Shown: positions 1 through 11,850 of the stretch, one piece after another
Layout of the letters: each line of letters opens with the position of its first letter
Position numbering within the stretch: the first letter of the stretch is position 1
Assembly: GCA_977017645.1 (NCBI GenBank)
Contig: OZ360221.1
Coordinates: 157,604,001 to 157,668,000, forward strand
DNA: 64,000 bases
Direction: 5' to 3'
DNA from: Torpedo marmorata
Lineage: Eukaryota
Notes under the pieces: model-generated
Seen by the model: the letters and a program-made list of their open reading frames with translations, nothing else
Told to the model about the DNA's origin: nothing
Database searches by the model: none
Position numbers and translations under genes: made by a program

Positions 1-310
1 ACTTTGCTTGCAAGAGTGCAGCCCCGACATTTAAGAATCCAGGACATAGCAACCTGCTTTATTGGCATCCCACCAACCAACCTAAAATTATTTCCTGGAC
101 TACCACTATGGCCACAGTGTGAGTGATCTACAATTTGCTCTGCACCTGCTCTCCTGGACCACTCAATGCCACTTCCCTAACCTGTGATCCCTCTCAACAA
201 GAAGGACAAGGGCAGTTGACACATGGGAACACTACCAACTACAGCTTTCACTCTGAGTCAAATACCATTCCAATGAAAAAATATATCACAATCCCTTCAT
301 CATTGCAGTG
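1..310 (+). mobile_element. Old CR1/L2-clade LINE 3' fragment (degenerate)
   Basis: Resembles the 3' region of a common chondrichthyan LINE (ccaggacatagcaacctgctttattggcatcc...agaaggacaagggcag...catgggaacactacca); no intact ORF; recognised from memory only. Confidence 0.5.
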
Positions 311-959
311 TTCAAGTCATAACACTACCTGTCTTTATGAAATGATGATCCAGAACATGCAATGCTGCCAAAATGTATCAATCATTGAGCTGAATGTAAA
401 ACTGAAATGACGATCTCAAACCTTTATGTAAATAGCTTCACAAATTCTCTCACAGCGTAATTGTACAAATTAAGAATAAAAAAAACTCTTTGCAAGTCTT
501 AATTACCACAGTAGGTGGAACAAACTGATTTGTATCTGAGTGGTTCCAATTCCAATTTAAACATTTCTGTTCTGATCAATTTTCTTGCAACATTAATGGA
601 AAAACATTGGAGGTGGTTCTATATAATGAAAGTTGAAATTAATATAAATAACTGCTTTATCCTTAATATGCTGTTTTGAGATATGTTTTTCAGAATTAAA
701 TGATTAATTACATGGGAAATTTAATTAGTCTTGATATTTTTATAGTTTAATGATTATGTAACAAAAGAAATATTAAAGAAGGTACCATCAGATGATTTCC
801 ATCATGCCTCCCATTTTTTTCAAAAATATTTATTTCTTTTTAAGTTGTGAGCAAACCAAGAGAAAAAAAGCCATCTAATAGTCTAGGGCATTTCCCCAAC
901 TGGTTGTTATTAAATAAAAAATAACAATTTATTTTATATGCAGCATCCTGTACACAGCA

Positions 960-1520
960 AAACATGATGCGGCATTAGGACAATATCAAAGAAATCTGAC
1001 ATCAGGTAAGATGCAGAGATATTAGCACACATGACCAGCAGCAAGGGAGGTTTTAAGAAAGGTTTTAAAGGAGAAAAGTGAGGTAAGATGGCAGAGGGAC
1101 TTAAGTAAGGAATTCCAGGGCCAAAACCCTCAGCATTTGGAGCTATGGTCAACACTAGTATAGCATTTAAGGATGCTCAAGAACCTGAAATTCGAGAACT
1201 ACAGAAAATTCTCAAAACCCTCAGAAGATAAGACAGTATCTGTGGAAAGAAGATTAGGATTAGATTGGGAGAATTCAGAAAGACAAAGTGGAGAGACTAT
1301 TGAGAAATTTGTAAGAATTCTTTGATAATTGAGTCTTTGCTTATCCAGAAGCCAATCGGAATCACAGGTACCGGGGTGCTGTGTAAGTTAGGGCATGGAC
1401 AATTGTGTGACTTCAACTTTATGAGGTAGAGGTAGAAGATGGGAGACAGACCAGGTGATGTAGGAAAGGAATAAACAAAAGTTGAGACTATAAGGACTAA
1501 GGAGCTAATATTAATTTTCA
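960..1520 (-). mobile_element. Old L2-like LINE fragment, heavily decayed
   Basis: Purine-rich plus strand typical of a reversed L2 3' end (ggttttaagaaaggttttaaaggagaaaagtgagg...aggaattccagggcc); boundaries approximate. Confidence 0.35.
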
Positions 1521-2634
1521 ACTTTTTTTCTGCGTGAACTTGTATCCCAAGTAGAAAATTTGGGGCAATCAGATTGATACCAATGCCATTGTGATCTTGG
1601 CTAACCAGAAATATTAATAACTCCACACCCCCATGAGATCAGCTATAGTAAAGAATATCACTGAAGGTCTCGTGAGATTTGATGTAACTTGTCAGGTGAT
1701 TCATATGATTCACATGATAAATTAATTAGTTTAGTGCAAAATGATGCCAAAGGCAAAAGTGGTAAAAAAAGATATACATTAAGAATAGGCTGAACTGAGC
1801 TGTTGCTATGGTAACAATGCATGGTCATACTATCAAAGAAACAAGAGGCAAATCAAATCTGCTGCACACACATTTAAGTCTTTTCAACAATTTAAACACT
1901 GTTCTCATATGTGAAAAGCATGGACACTCAAACTGAAATAATGGTTTTGAGGAAAGATTGTTTTTCAAAGTATTATCTTCTTGAAATTCTTGAAAAGCTT
2001 ATTTGCATCATAAAATAATTGGAACATATTAAATTTGTCATTGTTTTTTCTGGTCATCTAAAATTGAAAATGTTGTTGAAAATCATAAGTGGCTGAATTC
2101 AGTTTCAGGTATATTCATTCACTTAACATTTAGTAATGTCTTGATGCATCCTGCCTTTAAAAAATCAAGAGGCAGCTCAGTTCATGCAATGAAAAATTTA
2201 ATTCCATAATGATTACACAATATATATTTTGCTCTTGCTATAAATGCTATGCTACTTTCATCTGTGTTGGTGCTCCATTATAAGAATCACAGGCAAAGCC
2301 ATCTTTGTATTTTAGTCATTTTCACCGCAGTTATATGAGGTGCAACTTGTTATTCTGGGGATTGTAAAACAGGAAGCAATTGATCTGCTGGGTTGTTTGC
2401 TCACTTGATTTTTCTTTCCATCACTATTGCCCATTTTACACCCTTGTCAATGTTGACAATTTACCTTAATATTACAGCAATAAAAATGAACCCTTTTCTT
2501 TACATCTCCTAACATCTTTTTACTTATCTTTCTCTCCATCCCTTTTCTCTATTTGTCTTTCCTTTCCCCATTTCCTACCTATTGCAGCACTATTCAAACA
2601 ATGCAAACCATTTTTCCTACTCTTTACAATTTAA

Positions 2635-3384
2635 AGCTCCATGGTATCCATGGAGAGGTTGTAAACTGGATTCGAAATTGGCTGAATGGGAGAAGACAGA
2701 GAGTGGTAGTGGATGATTGCTTCTCAGACTGGAGGCTGTGATTAGTGGTGTGCCTCAGGGATCGGTGCTGGAACCATTGTTGTTTGCTGTCTATATCGAT
2801 GATCTGGATGATAATGTGGTAAACTGGATCAGCAAGTTTGCTGATGACACTAAGATTGAGGGCATTGTGGACAGCGAGGAAGGCTTTCATAGCTTTGCAG
2901 AGGGAAATGGATCAACTGGAAAAATGGGCCAGAAAATGGCAGATGGAATTTAATGCAGACAATTGTGAGGGGTTGCATTTTGGAAGGACAAACCAAGATA
3001 GGACAGACACAGTAAATGGTAGGGCACTGAAGAGTGCGGAGGAACAAAGGGATCTGGGAATACAGATACAAAATTTCCTGAAAGAGGTGTCACAGATAGA
3101 CAGGGTTGGAAAGAAAGCTTTTGGAATCTTGGCCTTCATAAATCAAAGTATTGAGTACAGAAGTTGAGATGTTATGGTGAGGTTGTATAAGACATTGGTG
3201 AGGCCAAATTTGGAATATTGTGTGCAGTTCTGGTCACCAAACAACAGGAAGGATTTCAGTAAGATTGAAAGAGTGCAGAGAAGATTTACTAGGATGTTGC
3301 CGGGACTTCAGGAGTTGAGTTACAGGGAAAGATTAGGACTTTATTCCTTGGAGCGTAGAAGAATGAGGGGAGATTTGATAGAGG
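2635..3384 (+). mobile_element. CR1 LINE, 5'-truncated, left part (RT C-terminal half), split by Gypsy insertion
   Basis: Frameshifted ORFs encode CR1 RT motifs [53 protein letters not shown]; the frame resumes at 9332 (YKIMR). Confidence 0.93.
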
Positions 3385-3723
3385 TGTAGCGGTACCCGCT
3401 CTGGGCAAGCGAACCGGTGCCCGCAATGGCGGCCGCGCAAGTACACGTGGCAACAGCAGGGGCCGGCGCAAAGATGGCACCGACCCCCCTTCTTCTTCAA
3501 CCAGGAGAAGAAGGACAGGAGACCCGGGAATGTTCCCATTGTAATGTACAGCTCCCATTGTCATGTAGACGACAGCGATTAAGCGGCAATGGTCATGTAA
3601 ACGACAGCAATTAAGCTCGCAGCCCTGCTTAAAAGCCAGGGCTGCGAGACCCGATTAAACAGTCTTGCTTGCAACCCACCGACTGTGTGTTGTTCTTCAG
3701 CATTCTGTGCAGCTCACGCTACA
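3385..3723 (+). repeat. 5' LTR of Gypsy copy 1 (339 bp)
   Basis: Starts TGTAGCG, ends CGCTACA (terminal inverted repeat); ATTAAA at 3654-3659; matches the three other LTRs in the window. Confidence 0.95.
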
Positions 3724-3724
3724 T

Positions 3725-3737
3725 TGGTGACCTCGAC
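3725..3737 (+). promoter_or_regulatory. Primer-binding site, tRNA-Trp-like
   Basis: TGGTGACCTCGAC immediately after the LTR, one mismatch to TGGTGACCCCGAC (complement of the tRNA-Trp 3' end, as in the ASLV PBS). Confidence 0.75.
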
Positions 3738-3762
3738 AAGTCCAAACGAATTTGGACCTACA

Positions 3763-6700
3763 ATGACCGATTCCACGGCCATCAGCGCAGTCGCCGTCAA
3801 GCTGCCGACCTTCTGGACCGACCGACCGCATGTTTGGTTCGATCAGGCAGAAGCACAGTTTGCACTCCGCAGCATCACCGGAGATGCCACCAAGTACTAC
3901 CATGTGGTCAGCTCACTGGGAGAGGACGCAGCCGCACGGGTGGAAGATTTCCTGCACCGACCACCGGAGGAGGGTAAATACCCCGTTTTCAAAGCCCTGT
4001 TGATGAACACTTTCGGGCTTTCGCGACAGGGGCGGGGTGCCCGCTTGCTGCGGCTGAACGGGCTGGGAGTCAGATCGCCCTCACAGCTCATGGACGAGAT
4101 GCTGGCCATCACAGGAGGCCATACATGCCTTTTCTTTGAGCAGGTTTTCTTAGAGGTGATGCCACTCATGGATAATATAAAGATTAATGAGGAGGTAGTA
4201 TTGGCTATTTTAAAGAGTATAAAGGTGGATAAATCTCCAGGTCCTGACAGGATATTCCCGAGGACCCTGAGGGAGGTTAGTGTACAAATAGTGGGGGCTC
4301 TGACAGAAATATTTAAAATGTCACTGGCCACGGGGGAGGTGCCGGAGGATTGGAGGGTAGCTCATGTTGTCCTGCTGTTTAAAAAGGCTCCAAAAGTAAA
4401 CCTGGAAATTATAGGCCTGTGAGTCTGACATCAATGGTGGGTAAATTAATGGAGAGTGTTGTTAGAGATGGGGTATACAGTTATTTGGAAAGACAAGCAT
4501 TGATTAGGACTAGTCAACACGGTTTTGTTCGTGGTAGATCATGTTTAACAAATCTCATAGAGCTTTTTGATGAGGTTACTAAGAGGGTTGACGAGGGGAA
4601 GGCTGTGGATGTTGTCTATATGGACTTTAGTAAGGCATTTGACAAGGTTCCGCATAAGAGGCTAGTTAGGAAGGTTCAAGCATTAGATATTAATGTCGAA
4701 GTAGTGAAATGGATTCAACAATGCTTGGATAAGAGATGCCAGAGAGTAGTGGTGGAAAATTGTTTGTCTAAATGGAGGCCGGTGACTAGTGGAGTGCCTC
4801 AGGGATCGGTACTGGGTCCATTGTTGTTTGTCATATATATTAATGATCTAGATGATAGGGTGGTAAATTGGATTAGTAAGTATGCAGATGATACGAAGAT
4901 TGGTGGTGTTGTGGACAGTGAAAGAGGGATATCAAAGCTTGCAGGGGGATATAGGACAGTTAGAAGAGTGGGCGGCAACATGGCAGATGGAGTTTAATAC
5001 TGATAAATGTGAGGTGCTACATTTTGGTAGGACTAATCAGCTCTTGTACATAATTCCCTGAAAGTTGAGTCACACGTAGATAGGGTGGTGAAGAAGGCAT
5101 TTGGTATGTTGGCCTTCATAAATCAGAGTATTGAATATAGGAGTTGGGATGTCATGTTAAAGTTGTATAAAGCATTGGTGAGGCCAAATTTGGAATATTG
5201 TGTGCAGTTTTGGTCGCCGAATTATAGGAAGGATATAAACAGAATAAAGAGAGTGCAGAGGAAATTTACAAGAATGTTGCCTGGGTTTCTGGGTTTGAGT
5301 TACAGGGAAAGGTTGAACAGGCTGGGACTTTATTCCCTGGAGCGTAAAAGGTTGAGGGGTGATTTGATAGAGGTATTTAAAATTATGAAGGGGACAGATA
5401 GAGTCAACGTGGACAGGCTTTTTCCATTGAGAGTGGGGAAGATTCAAACAAGAGGGCATGGATTGAGATTGAAGGGGGAAAAGTTTAGAGGAAACATGAG
5501 GGGGAATTTCTTCACTCAGAGGGTGGTGGGAGAGTGGAACGAGCTTCCGGCCGAAGTGGTAGATGCAGGTTCAATTTTAATGTTTAAGGAAAAGTTGGAT
5601 AGGTATATGGACGAGAGAGGTGTGGAGGGTTATGGGCCGGGTGTGGGTCAGTGGGACTAGGTGGGAGAAAGTGTTCGGCATGGACTCGAAGGGCCAAACT
5701 GGCCTGTTTCTGTGCTGTAAGTGTTATATGGTTATATGGTTATATGCGCCTGGCACTCGCAGATTTCTCCACGCCAGGACGGTGGCAACTCGAGCGGACA
5801 CTCTCTGGGAAGCAGGAAGGGTGAGTCAGACAATGGTCGACCAAGTGGTCAAACCAAAAACCCAACACCCCAACCCTGATCGTCCCACCGAACGCACATT
5901 CCACGGTAGCAGCAGCGACGACGCCAACCTCGATTGGTGTTTCTACCACCGTCGTTGGGGCCCAAAGGCCCGCCGGTGCAGGTCCCCCTGCAAGTCTGGG
6001 AAACGACAAGGCCAGACGTCGCTAGTGGCTATGACGGCTGGCCACAGAAACAGCCTACCGTACGTCAGGGACAAGAATTCCGGACGGCGGTTCCTCATGG
6101 ACACAGGTGCCGAAATCAGCATTATTCCCCCGACACTGTACAAAACTAGGACCCGGTCACACGGACACACGCTGCGGGCCGCCAATGGCAGCTCCATCCC
6201 CACATTCGGCCGGAGGACGGCATACCTCCGGTTCGGCGACAGCCATTTATCGTGGGAGTTCACGCTCGCAAGCGTCTGGATGCCCATCCTAGGGGCCGAA
6301 TTCCTCAGGGCACACAGCTTACTGGTAGACCTGCAGGGTAAGCGGCTGGTCCACGCTCGGACCTTCCAATCCTTTGCCTTGGAAAAATCCAATCACCACT
6401 CCACCCAGCTGAGCTCCGTAGCGCAGCCAGAGGACGATTTCACCCGCTTGCTCGCTGATTTCCCGTCGCTTTCCAACCCCAAGTTCACGGCAGAGATGCC
6501 AAAGCACGGCATCAGGCACCACATCACCACACAGGGCCCACCGCTCCACGCCTGCGCACGCCGCTTGCCTCCGGATAAACTCCGACTAGCCAAAGAGGAG
6601 TTTAGCAGGATGGAGGCCTTAGGGATAATCAGACGCTCCGATAGTCCCTGGGCAAGCCCACTGCACATGGTGCCCAAAGCATCCGGCGGGTGGAGGCCAT

Positions 6701-8995
6701 GCGGTGACTACCGCAGGCTTAATGAAGCCACCACTCCCGACCGCTACCCTGTACCCCACATTCAGGACTTCGCCGCCAACCTGCACGGGGCGACTATATT
6801 GTCAAGGGTCGACCTCATCCGAGGTTATCACCAAATCCCCGTGCTACCGAAGGATGTGCCCAAAACAGCCATCATAACCCCTTTTGGCCTGTTCGAATTC
6901 TTCCACATGCCATTCGGGCTAAAGAACGCGGCCCAAACCTTCCAAAGCTTAATGGATGTGGTAGGGTGGGATTTCGACTTCCTTTTCATTTACTTGGATG
7001 ATATACTTATCACCAGTAAAACACGCCAGGAGCACATAGCACACCTCCGCCAGCTGTTCAACCGCCTAAACCAATTTGGCCTTACAGTCAACCTGGCCAA
7101 ATGCCAGTTCGGCCTCTCCACAATTGACTTCCTGGGCTATAGGATCACACACCATGGCGCAACTCCCCTACCCGACAAAGTGGACGCGGTTCGCAAATTC
7201 CCCCGGCCGTCCACTGTCAAGGGCCTTCAGGAGTTCGTGGGGATGGTCAATTTTTATCACAGGTTCCTGCCAGCAGCAGCCCGCATCATGCGTCCGCTTT
7301 TCACCCTCATGGCTGGCAAAGCCAAAGCGCTGGTTTGGGACACGGAATCCACTGCGGCTTTTAACAAAGCAAAAGAGGCCCTGGCTGATTCCACGATGCT
7401 GGTTCACCCCAGAACCGATGTGCCAACCTCCCTCACGGTGGACGCTTCAAACACGGCAGTCGGCGGGGTACTGGAGCAGTTTAGTGAAGGCAGCTGGAAA
7501 CCCTTGGCCTTTTTCACACATTTACGGCCACCCGAACTTAAATACAGCGCCATCGACTGGGAGCTACTAGCACTGTACCTGGCCATACAGCACTTTCGAT
7601 ACTTTCTGGAAGGTAGAACTTTCACCGCCTTCATTGACCACAAGCCACTCACTTTCACGTTCTCGTAGGTCTCCGACCCCTGGTCGGCCCGCCAACAGCG
7701 ACAGTTGTCCTACATATCTGAGTTCACGACACAGATTCAGCATGTCTCAGGAAAGGACAACGCTGTAGCGGACGGACTATCCCGGCCAACTATCCAAGCC
7801 TTAGCCCAAGGATCTACTTAACCACCCTGGCAGAGGCGCAGCAGGCTGATGAAGAGACGCACAGTTTCAGAACCACGACCACTGGGCTGCAACTACAGGA
7901 CATCGCCATCGGGACAGGTGAGCAAACTCTCCTATGTGACGTCTTCACAGGCCACCCCCGACCCATTGTCCCAGCCGCGTGGCAGAGGCAGGTTTTCGAT
8001 TCCGTTCACAGCTTATCCCACCCATCCATCAGAACTACCGCTAAGCTGATTTCCAGTAAATTCGTCTGGCACGGTCTCCGCAAGAAAGTCACCGAATGGG
8101 CCAAGAACTGCGTGGAGTGCCAGACCTCAAAAGTCCAAAACCACACAAAGACCCAGCCACAAAAATTTGAGCCAACGAACCGGCGATTTGACCACATTCA
8201 CATAGAACTGGTAGGCCCCCTACCCGTCTCCAGAGGAGTGCGATACCTCCTCACCATGGTGGACCGTTTCACTCGCTGGCCCGAGGCAGTCCTTCTCACG
8301 GACATCACCACCGAAGCCCGTGCCAGAGCCTTTCTCACCACGTGTGTCGCACGCTTTGGGGTGTCAGGGGGACCCAATTTACATCAGCCCTGTGGACAGC
8401 CATGGCCAACTTGCTGGGCACACAGCTCCACAAAACGACAGCTTACCAGCCACAATCCAATGGTTTAGTGGAACGCTTCCACCGCCACCTAAAAGCTGCT
8501 CTAATGGCACGCCTACACGGTCCGAATTGGGTGGACGAGCTGCGTGGGTCCTCCTGGGGATCCTAAAGAAAACCTCAATACCTCGTCGGCAGAATTGGTC
8601 GACGGAACCCCCCTGGTGGTACCAGGGGAATTCCTACCCGCCCCAAGGGGGCAAGATGCCAGCACAGCAGAGATGCTCAATAGACTCTGCAAGCAACTCG
8701 GCAATCTAGCACCGATCCCCACGTCGCAACATGGACAGCGGCCCGAGCGCATCCCCAACAACCTGCGGAGCTGTGAGTATGTGTTCGTCAGAAGGGGACC
8801 ACACAGGGAACCACTACAATGGCCTTATGAAGGCCCTTTCCGGGTAGTGAAAAATAACGGCTTCACCTTCATATTGGACATTGGGGGTAAGAAGAATGTT
8901 TCACAACAGACCGTTTGAAACCAGCACACATGGACTTAACTCAACCTATTGAACTACAGGCACCCAGACGCAGGGGCTGGCCTCCCAAACAACCG
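3763..8995 (+). pseudogene. gag-pol of Gypsy copy 1 (disrupted by CR1 insertion, stops and frameshifts)
   Basis: Gag VAVKLPTFW...WFDQAEAQF; protease [10 protein letters not shown]; [13 protein letters not shown] and YLDDIL; RNase [13 protein letters not shown]; integrase HHCC region and YLLTMVDRFTRWPEA; GPY/F-like PYEGPFRV; stop at 7666-7668. Confidence 0.92.
4169..5744 (+). mobile_element. CR1 LINE (5'-truncated) inserted into gag of Gypsy copy 1
   Basis: [43 protein letters not shown] motifs; (GTTATATG)n tail ending ~5744; junctions defined by comparison with the uninterrupted gag of copy 2. Confidence 0.94.
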
Positions 8996-9004
8996 GGGGG
9001 GTTG

Positions 9005-9331
9005 TGTAGCGGTACCCGCTCTGGGCTAGCGAACCGGGGCCGCGCAAGTACACGTGGCAACAGCAGGGACCGGCGCAAAGACGGCACCAACCACCCTTTC
9101 TTCTTCAACCAGGAGAAGAAGGACAGGAGACTCGGGAAAGTTCCCATTGTAATGTACAGCTCCCATTGTCATGTAGACGACAGCGATTAAGCAGCAATGG
9201 TCATGTAAACGACAGCAATTAAGCTCGCAGCCCTGCTTAAGAGACAGGGCTGCGAGACCTGATTAAACTGTCTTGCTTGCAACCCACCGACTGTGTGTTG
9301 TTCTTCAGAAATCTGTGTAGCTCACACTACA
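9005..9331 (+). repeat. 3' LTR of Gypsy copy 1 (327 bp)
   Basis: TGTAGCG...CACTACA; 13-bp deletion and roughly 16 substitutions relative to the 5' LTR (hand count). Confidence 0.95.
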
Positions 9332-9703
9332 GAGGTTTACAAAATTATGAGGCGTTTAGACAGTGTAAATGCGAGTAGGCTCTTTCCACTTAGATTAGGA
9401 GAGATAAATACAAGAGGACATGGGTTTAGGGTGAAAGGGGAAAGGTTTAGGGTGAACATTATGGGGAACTTCTTCACTCAGAGAGTGGTGGGAGTGTAGA
9501 ACGAGCTGCCATCTGACGTGGTAAATGCAGTCTCACTCTTAAGTTTTAAGAATAAATTGGATAGATGTATGGATGGGAGAGGTCTGGAGGGTTATGGAAT
9601 GGGTGAAGGTCAGTGGGACTAATGGAATGATGTTTTGGCACAGACTAGAAGGGCCGAATGGCCTGTTTTCTGTGCTCTAGTGTTCTATTGTTCTATGGTT
9701 CTA
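9332..9703 (+). mobile_element. CR1 LINE 3' end (continuation of 2635-3384)
   Basis: EVYKIMRRLD...TRGHG...FFTQRVV, followed by the CR1 3' UTR gggccgaatggcctgtt and a (tgttcta)n-type tail. Confidence 0.92.
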
Positions 9704-9812
9704 AGCATGCAGTTGCCATTCCCAATAGCCATTTCAGTGGAAGAGGATTTAATTAAATGATTGATGCTACCTCACAAGTCAAGATTTGAAAATCAACAAC
9801 ATAAATTAACCA

Positions 9813-10620
9813 CGAGGCACAAGATGGCCACCAACCTCATTCTCCCCCACCCCCGCACTGCCCGTTGGCCACCAACCTCATTCTCCCCCACCCCCGCACT
9901 GCCCGTTTCTACCTTCTACCCAAGATACATAAACCCAACACAATCCCAACCTCACCATCAAACCCGCAGACAAGGGCGGTGCGGTTGTGGTCTGGCGCAC
10001 TGACCTCTACCTTGCCGAGGACAGTCGACAACTCTCAGACACCTCCTCCTACCTACCCCTCCCACAGGACCCCACCACAGCACATCAAGCCACTGTCTCC
10101 AACACCATCTCCGACCTCATCACCTACGGTCACCTCCCCTCCACGGCCACCAACCTCATTCTCCCCCACCCCCGCACTGCCCGTTTCTACCTTCTACCCA
10201 AGATACATAAACCCAACCATGGCCTCATGTACTATCCCACCCAGACTACCCGCAAATTGGAGGAACAACATCTCATATTCCGTCTCGGCACTCTCCAGCC
10301 AGATGGCATTAACATTGACTTTTCTGCTTTCCACTAACCTGTTTGTTGTTCCCTTCCCCTCCCCCCTCACGTGTTTTTTTCCACCCACCCAGCCATCCCT
10401 CCTCCCTCTCTTTGCTGCTGTCCCCTCCCTCCTTTCTCCACCTATCATCTCCTGCCTTTGCCACCTCCCTTCCCCCCTCACTCCTTTGTTCGGACGCCTG
10501 CCGGCATTTTCTCATACTTTGATGAAGGGCTCAAGCCCGAAACGTCGGTTATGTATTTCTACCTTTGCTACATAAAAGACACTGTTTGACCTGCTGAGTT
10601 CTCCAGCTTTTGTGTTTTTT
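9813..10620 (+). mobile_element. Penelope-like element (PLE), rearranged fragment with pLTR 3' end
   Basis: PLE RT motifs (ADKGGAVVVW..., PRTARFYLLPKIHKP) joined to the endonuclease C-terminus (RKLEEQHLIFRLGTLQPDGINIDF); flanked by a 17-bp direct repeat ACAACATAAATTAACCA (9796-9812, 10621-10637). Confidence 0.88.
10513..10553 (+). ncRNA. Minimal type I hammerhead-ribozyme-like motif in PLE pLTR
   Basis: catac-t-TTGATGA-a-GGGC-tcaa-GCCC-GAAA-cg-TC-ggttatg: hammerhead core (C3-to-U variant), stem II, palindromic 2-nt stem III. PLE pLTRs are known to carry minimal hammerheads. Confidence 0.65.
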
Positions 10621-11144
10621 ACAACATAAATTAACCAACCTGTGGGTTAAATGAAATATGCATTCTTTTAGCTTTAAATGTCACCAATCTGTGGTTAGCT
10701 AAATAATGGTGGATCTGAACTGTAATTCTTCATTGTTCAGGCTTAACAACCTGCATTACTCGTTTTCAGTAGATCCCAAAGTTGCCGTGGAGTTAATGAT
10801 TATATAATCAGTGACTTCAAATCTCAATAAATTTAGTGAGAGTCAACACGATAGAAATATAATATGACAAGACAAAAACATTAAATTGGCCAGACAGTCA
10901 ATAAGAAAAGGACATAGAAGCAGAAATAGGCTACTTAGCCCATCGAGTCGCAGTCATATTTCTTAGATATCCACCATGATAGTTGTAGACTCTGGGATGT
11001 GGAAACACTTTTATAGCTTTGATCATAATCAACTTGAACAGTGCAATGAGGTTGCACGTCATTTTTTCAGCAAATGGGGATAAATGTATATCCAACCAAA
11101 TTTACAAGGTTAAGTTTTCTGAATCAGATTCAGGAATCTGATGG

Positions 11145-11331
11145 CAGATTCATGAATAATCAATGAACCAAAGACAGTGCCTTACTTTTCGTGCACTATT
11201 ATTTATATATATTGTTTCATAGTAATGTTGTAAGATGGTTATAATATGAATGTTTGCACTATGATGCTGCCGCAAAACACCGAATTTCATGACTTGTTCA
11301 TGACAATAAATTCTGATTCTGATTCTGATTC
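11145..11331 (+). mobile_element. Rex1/Babar LINE 3' UTR fragment
   Basis: Near-identical to 54178-54351 (caatgaaccaaagaca...gacaataaa) and ends in (ttctga)n. Confidence 0.8.
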
Positions 11332-11667
11332 TTCCTTTTGTTAGTTTTAAGCACCCAATTAAAAACAATTTGCAAGTCTTAACTCAGCTTCTAGAGGTTT
11401 TGACATGCCGTCATTATAAATGCAAACAAATCAGTCTCTTTGCATATAACTATCCAAAATCCATTACTGATTGTCATTCTGTACATTTCTGTCTTCAAAA
11501 ACCTTAAAGCATGGGTAATGTGGGTTGTACAAAAAATAAAACTGGTAAATTAGTGGATCTTCTTTGAATGACGAATTCAACAAATCATGGGTAAGGTAGA
11601 TTACAGTTGAGATCAATGTCAAAAGTCAGAGGTGTTTATTCTCCACTAAGACATCTAAGTAAGGTTG

Positions 11668-11850
11668 AGCAAGAACTGCAGATGTTGGAAATACAAAATA
11701 AAAAAGGTCTGAAATACAAATAGTAAGGGCTAGAATTACTCAGCAGGTCAGGCAAAATGATGTGGAAAGAGAAAGAGTTAAAATTACAAGTCAATGCCCT
11801 TTCATCAGTTCTGACTCTAAGATATTTCCAGCACTTTTGTTTTTATTTAA
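11668..11850 (-). mobile_element. Old PLE-derived short element (pLTR remnants)
   Basis: actcagcaggtcaggca and ccctttcatcag (reverse: ctgatgaaaggg) match the PLE pLTR/hammerhead region. Confidence 0.5.

Larger units (their letters stand above)
3385..9331 (+). mobile_element. Gypsy/Ty3 LTR retrotransposon, full length, decayed (copy 1)
   Basis: TG...CA LTRs at 3385-3723 and 9005-9331; 4-bp TSD GAGG (3381-3384 and 9332-9335); PBS at 3725; G-rich PPT before the 3' LTR; domain order gag-PR-RT-RH-IN. Confidence 0.96.

Noticed and set aside
1690-2480. Possible distal conserved non-coding elements (also ~11980-12270, 16950-17140, 28700-28970)
   Set aside because: Unique-looking sequence with some TAAT motifs, but nothing I can recognise; unsupported without alignment.
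3685-4422. 245-aa ORF that looks like a novel gag-LINE fusion protein
   Set aside because: It is a chance in-frame junction between Gypsy gag and the inserted CR1 at 4168/4169; copy 2 shows the uninterrupted gag.
5620-7668. 682-aa ORF as an intact or domesticated pol gene
   Set aside because: It starts in the CR1 3' UTR, ends at a premature TAG, and the integrase downstream is frameshifted; no sign of preservation.
9827-10216. CRISPR-like repeat-spacer array
   Set aside because: The repeats are pieces of PLE RT coding sequence with irregular spacing, in a vertebrate context with no cas genes.
10194-10589. Recurrent short ORFs (MRKCRQASEQ..., ...YFDEGLKPETSVMYFYLCYIKDTV) as a small multigene family
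   Set aside because: They are translations of the non-coding PLE pLTR, repeated at 15.5 kb and 27 kb.
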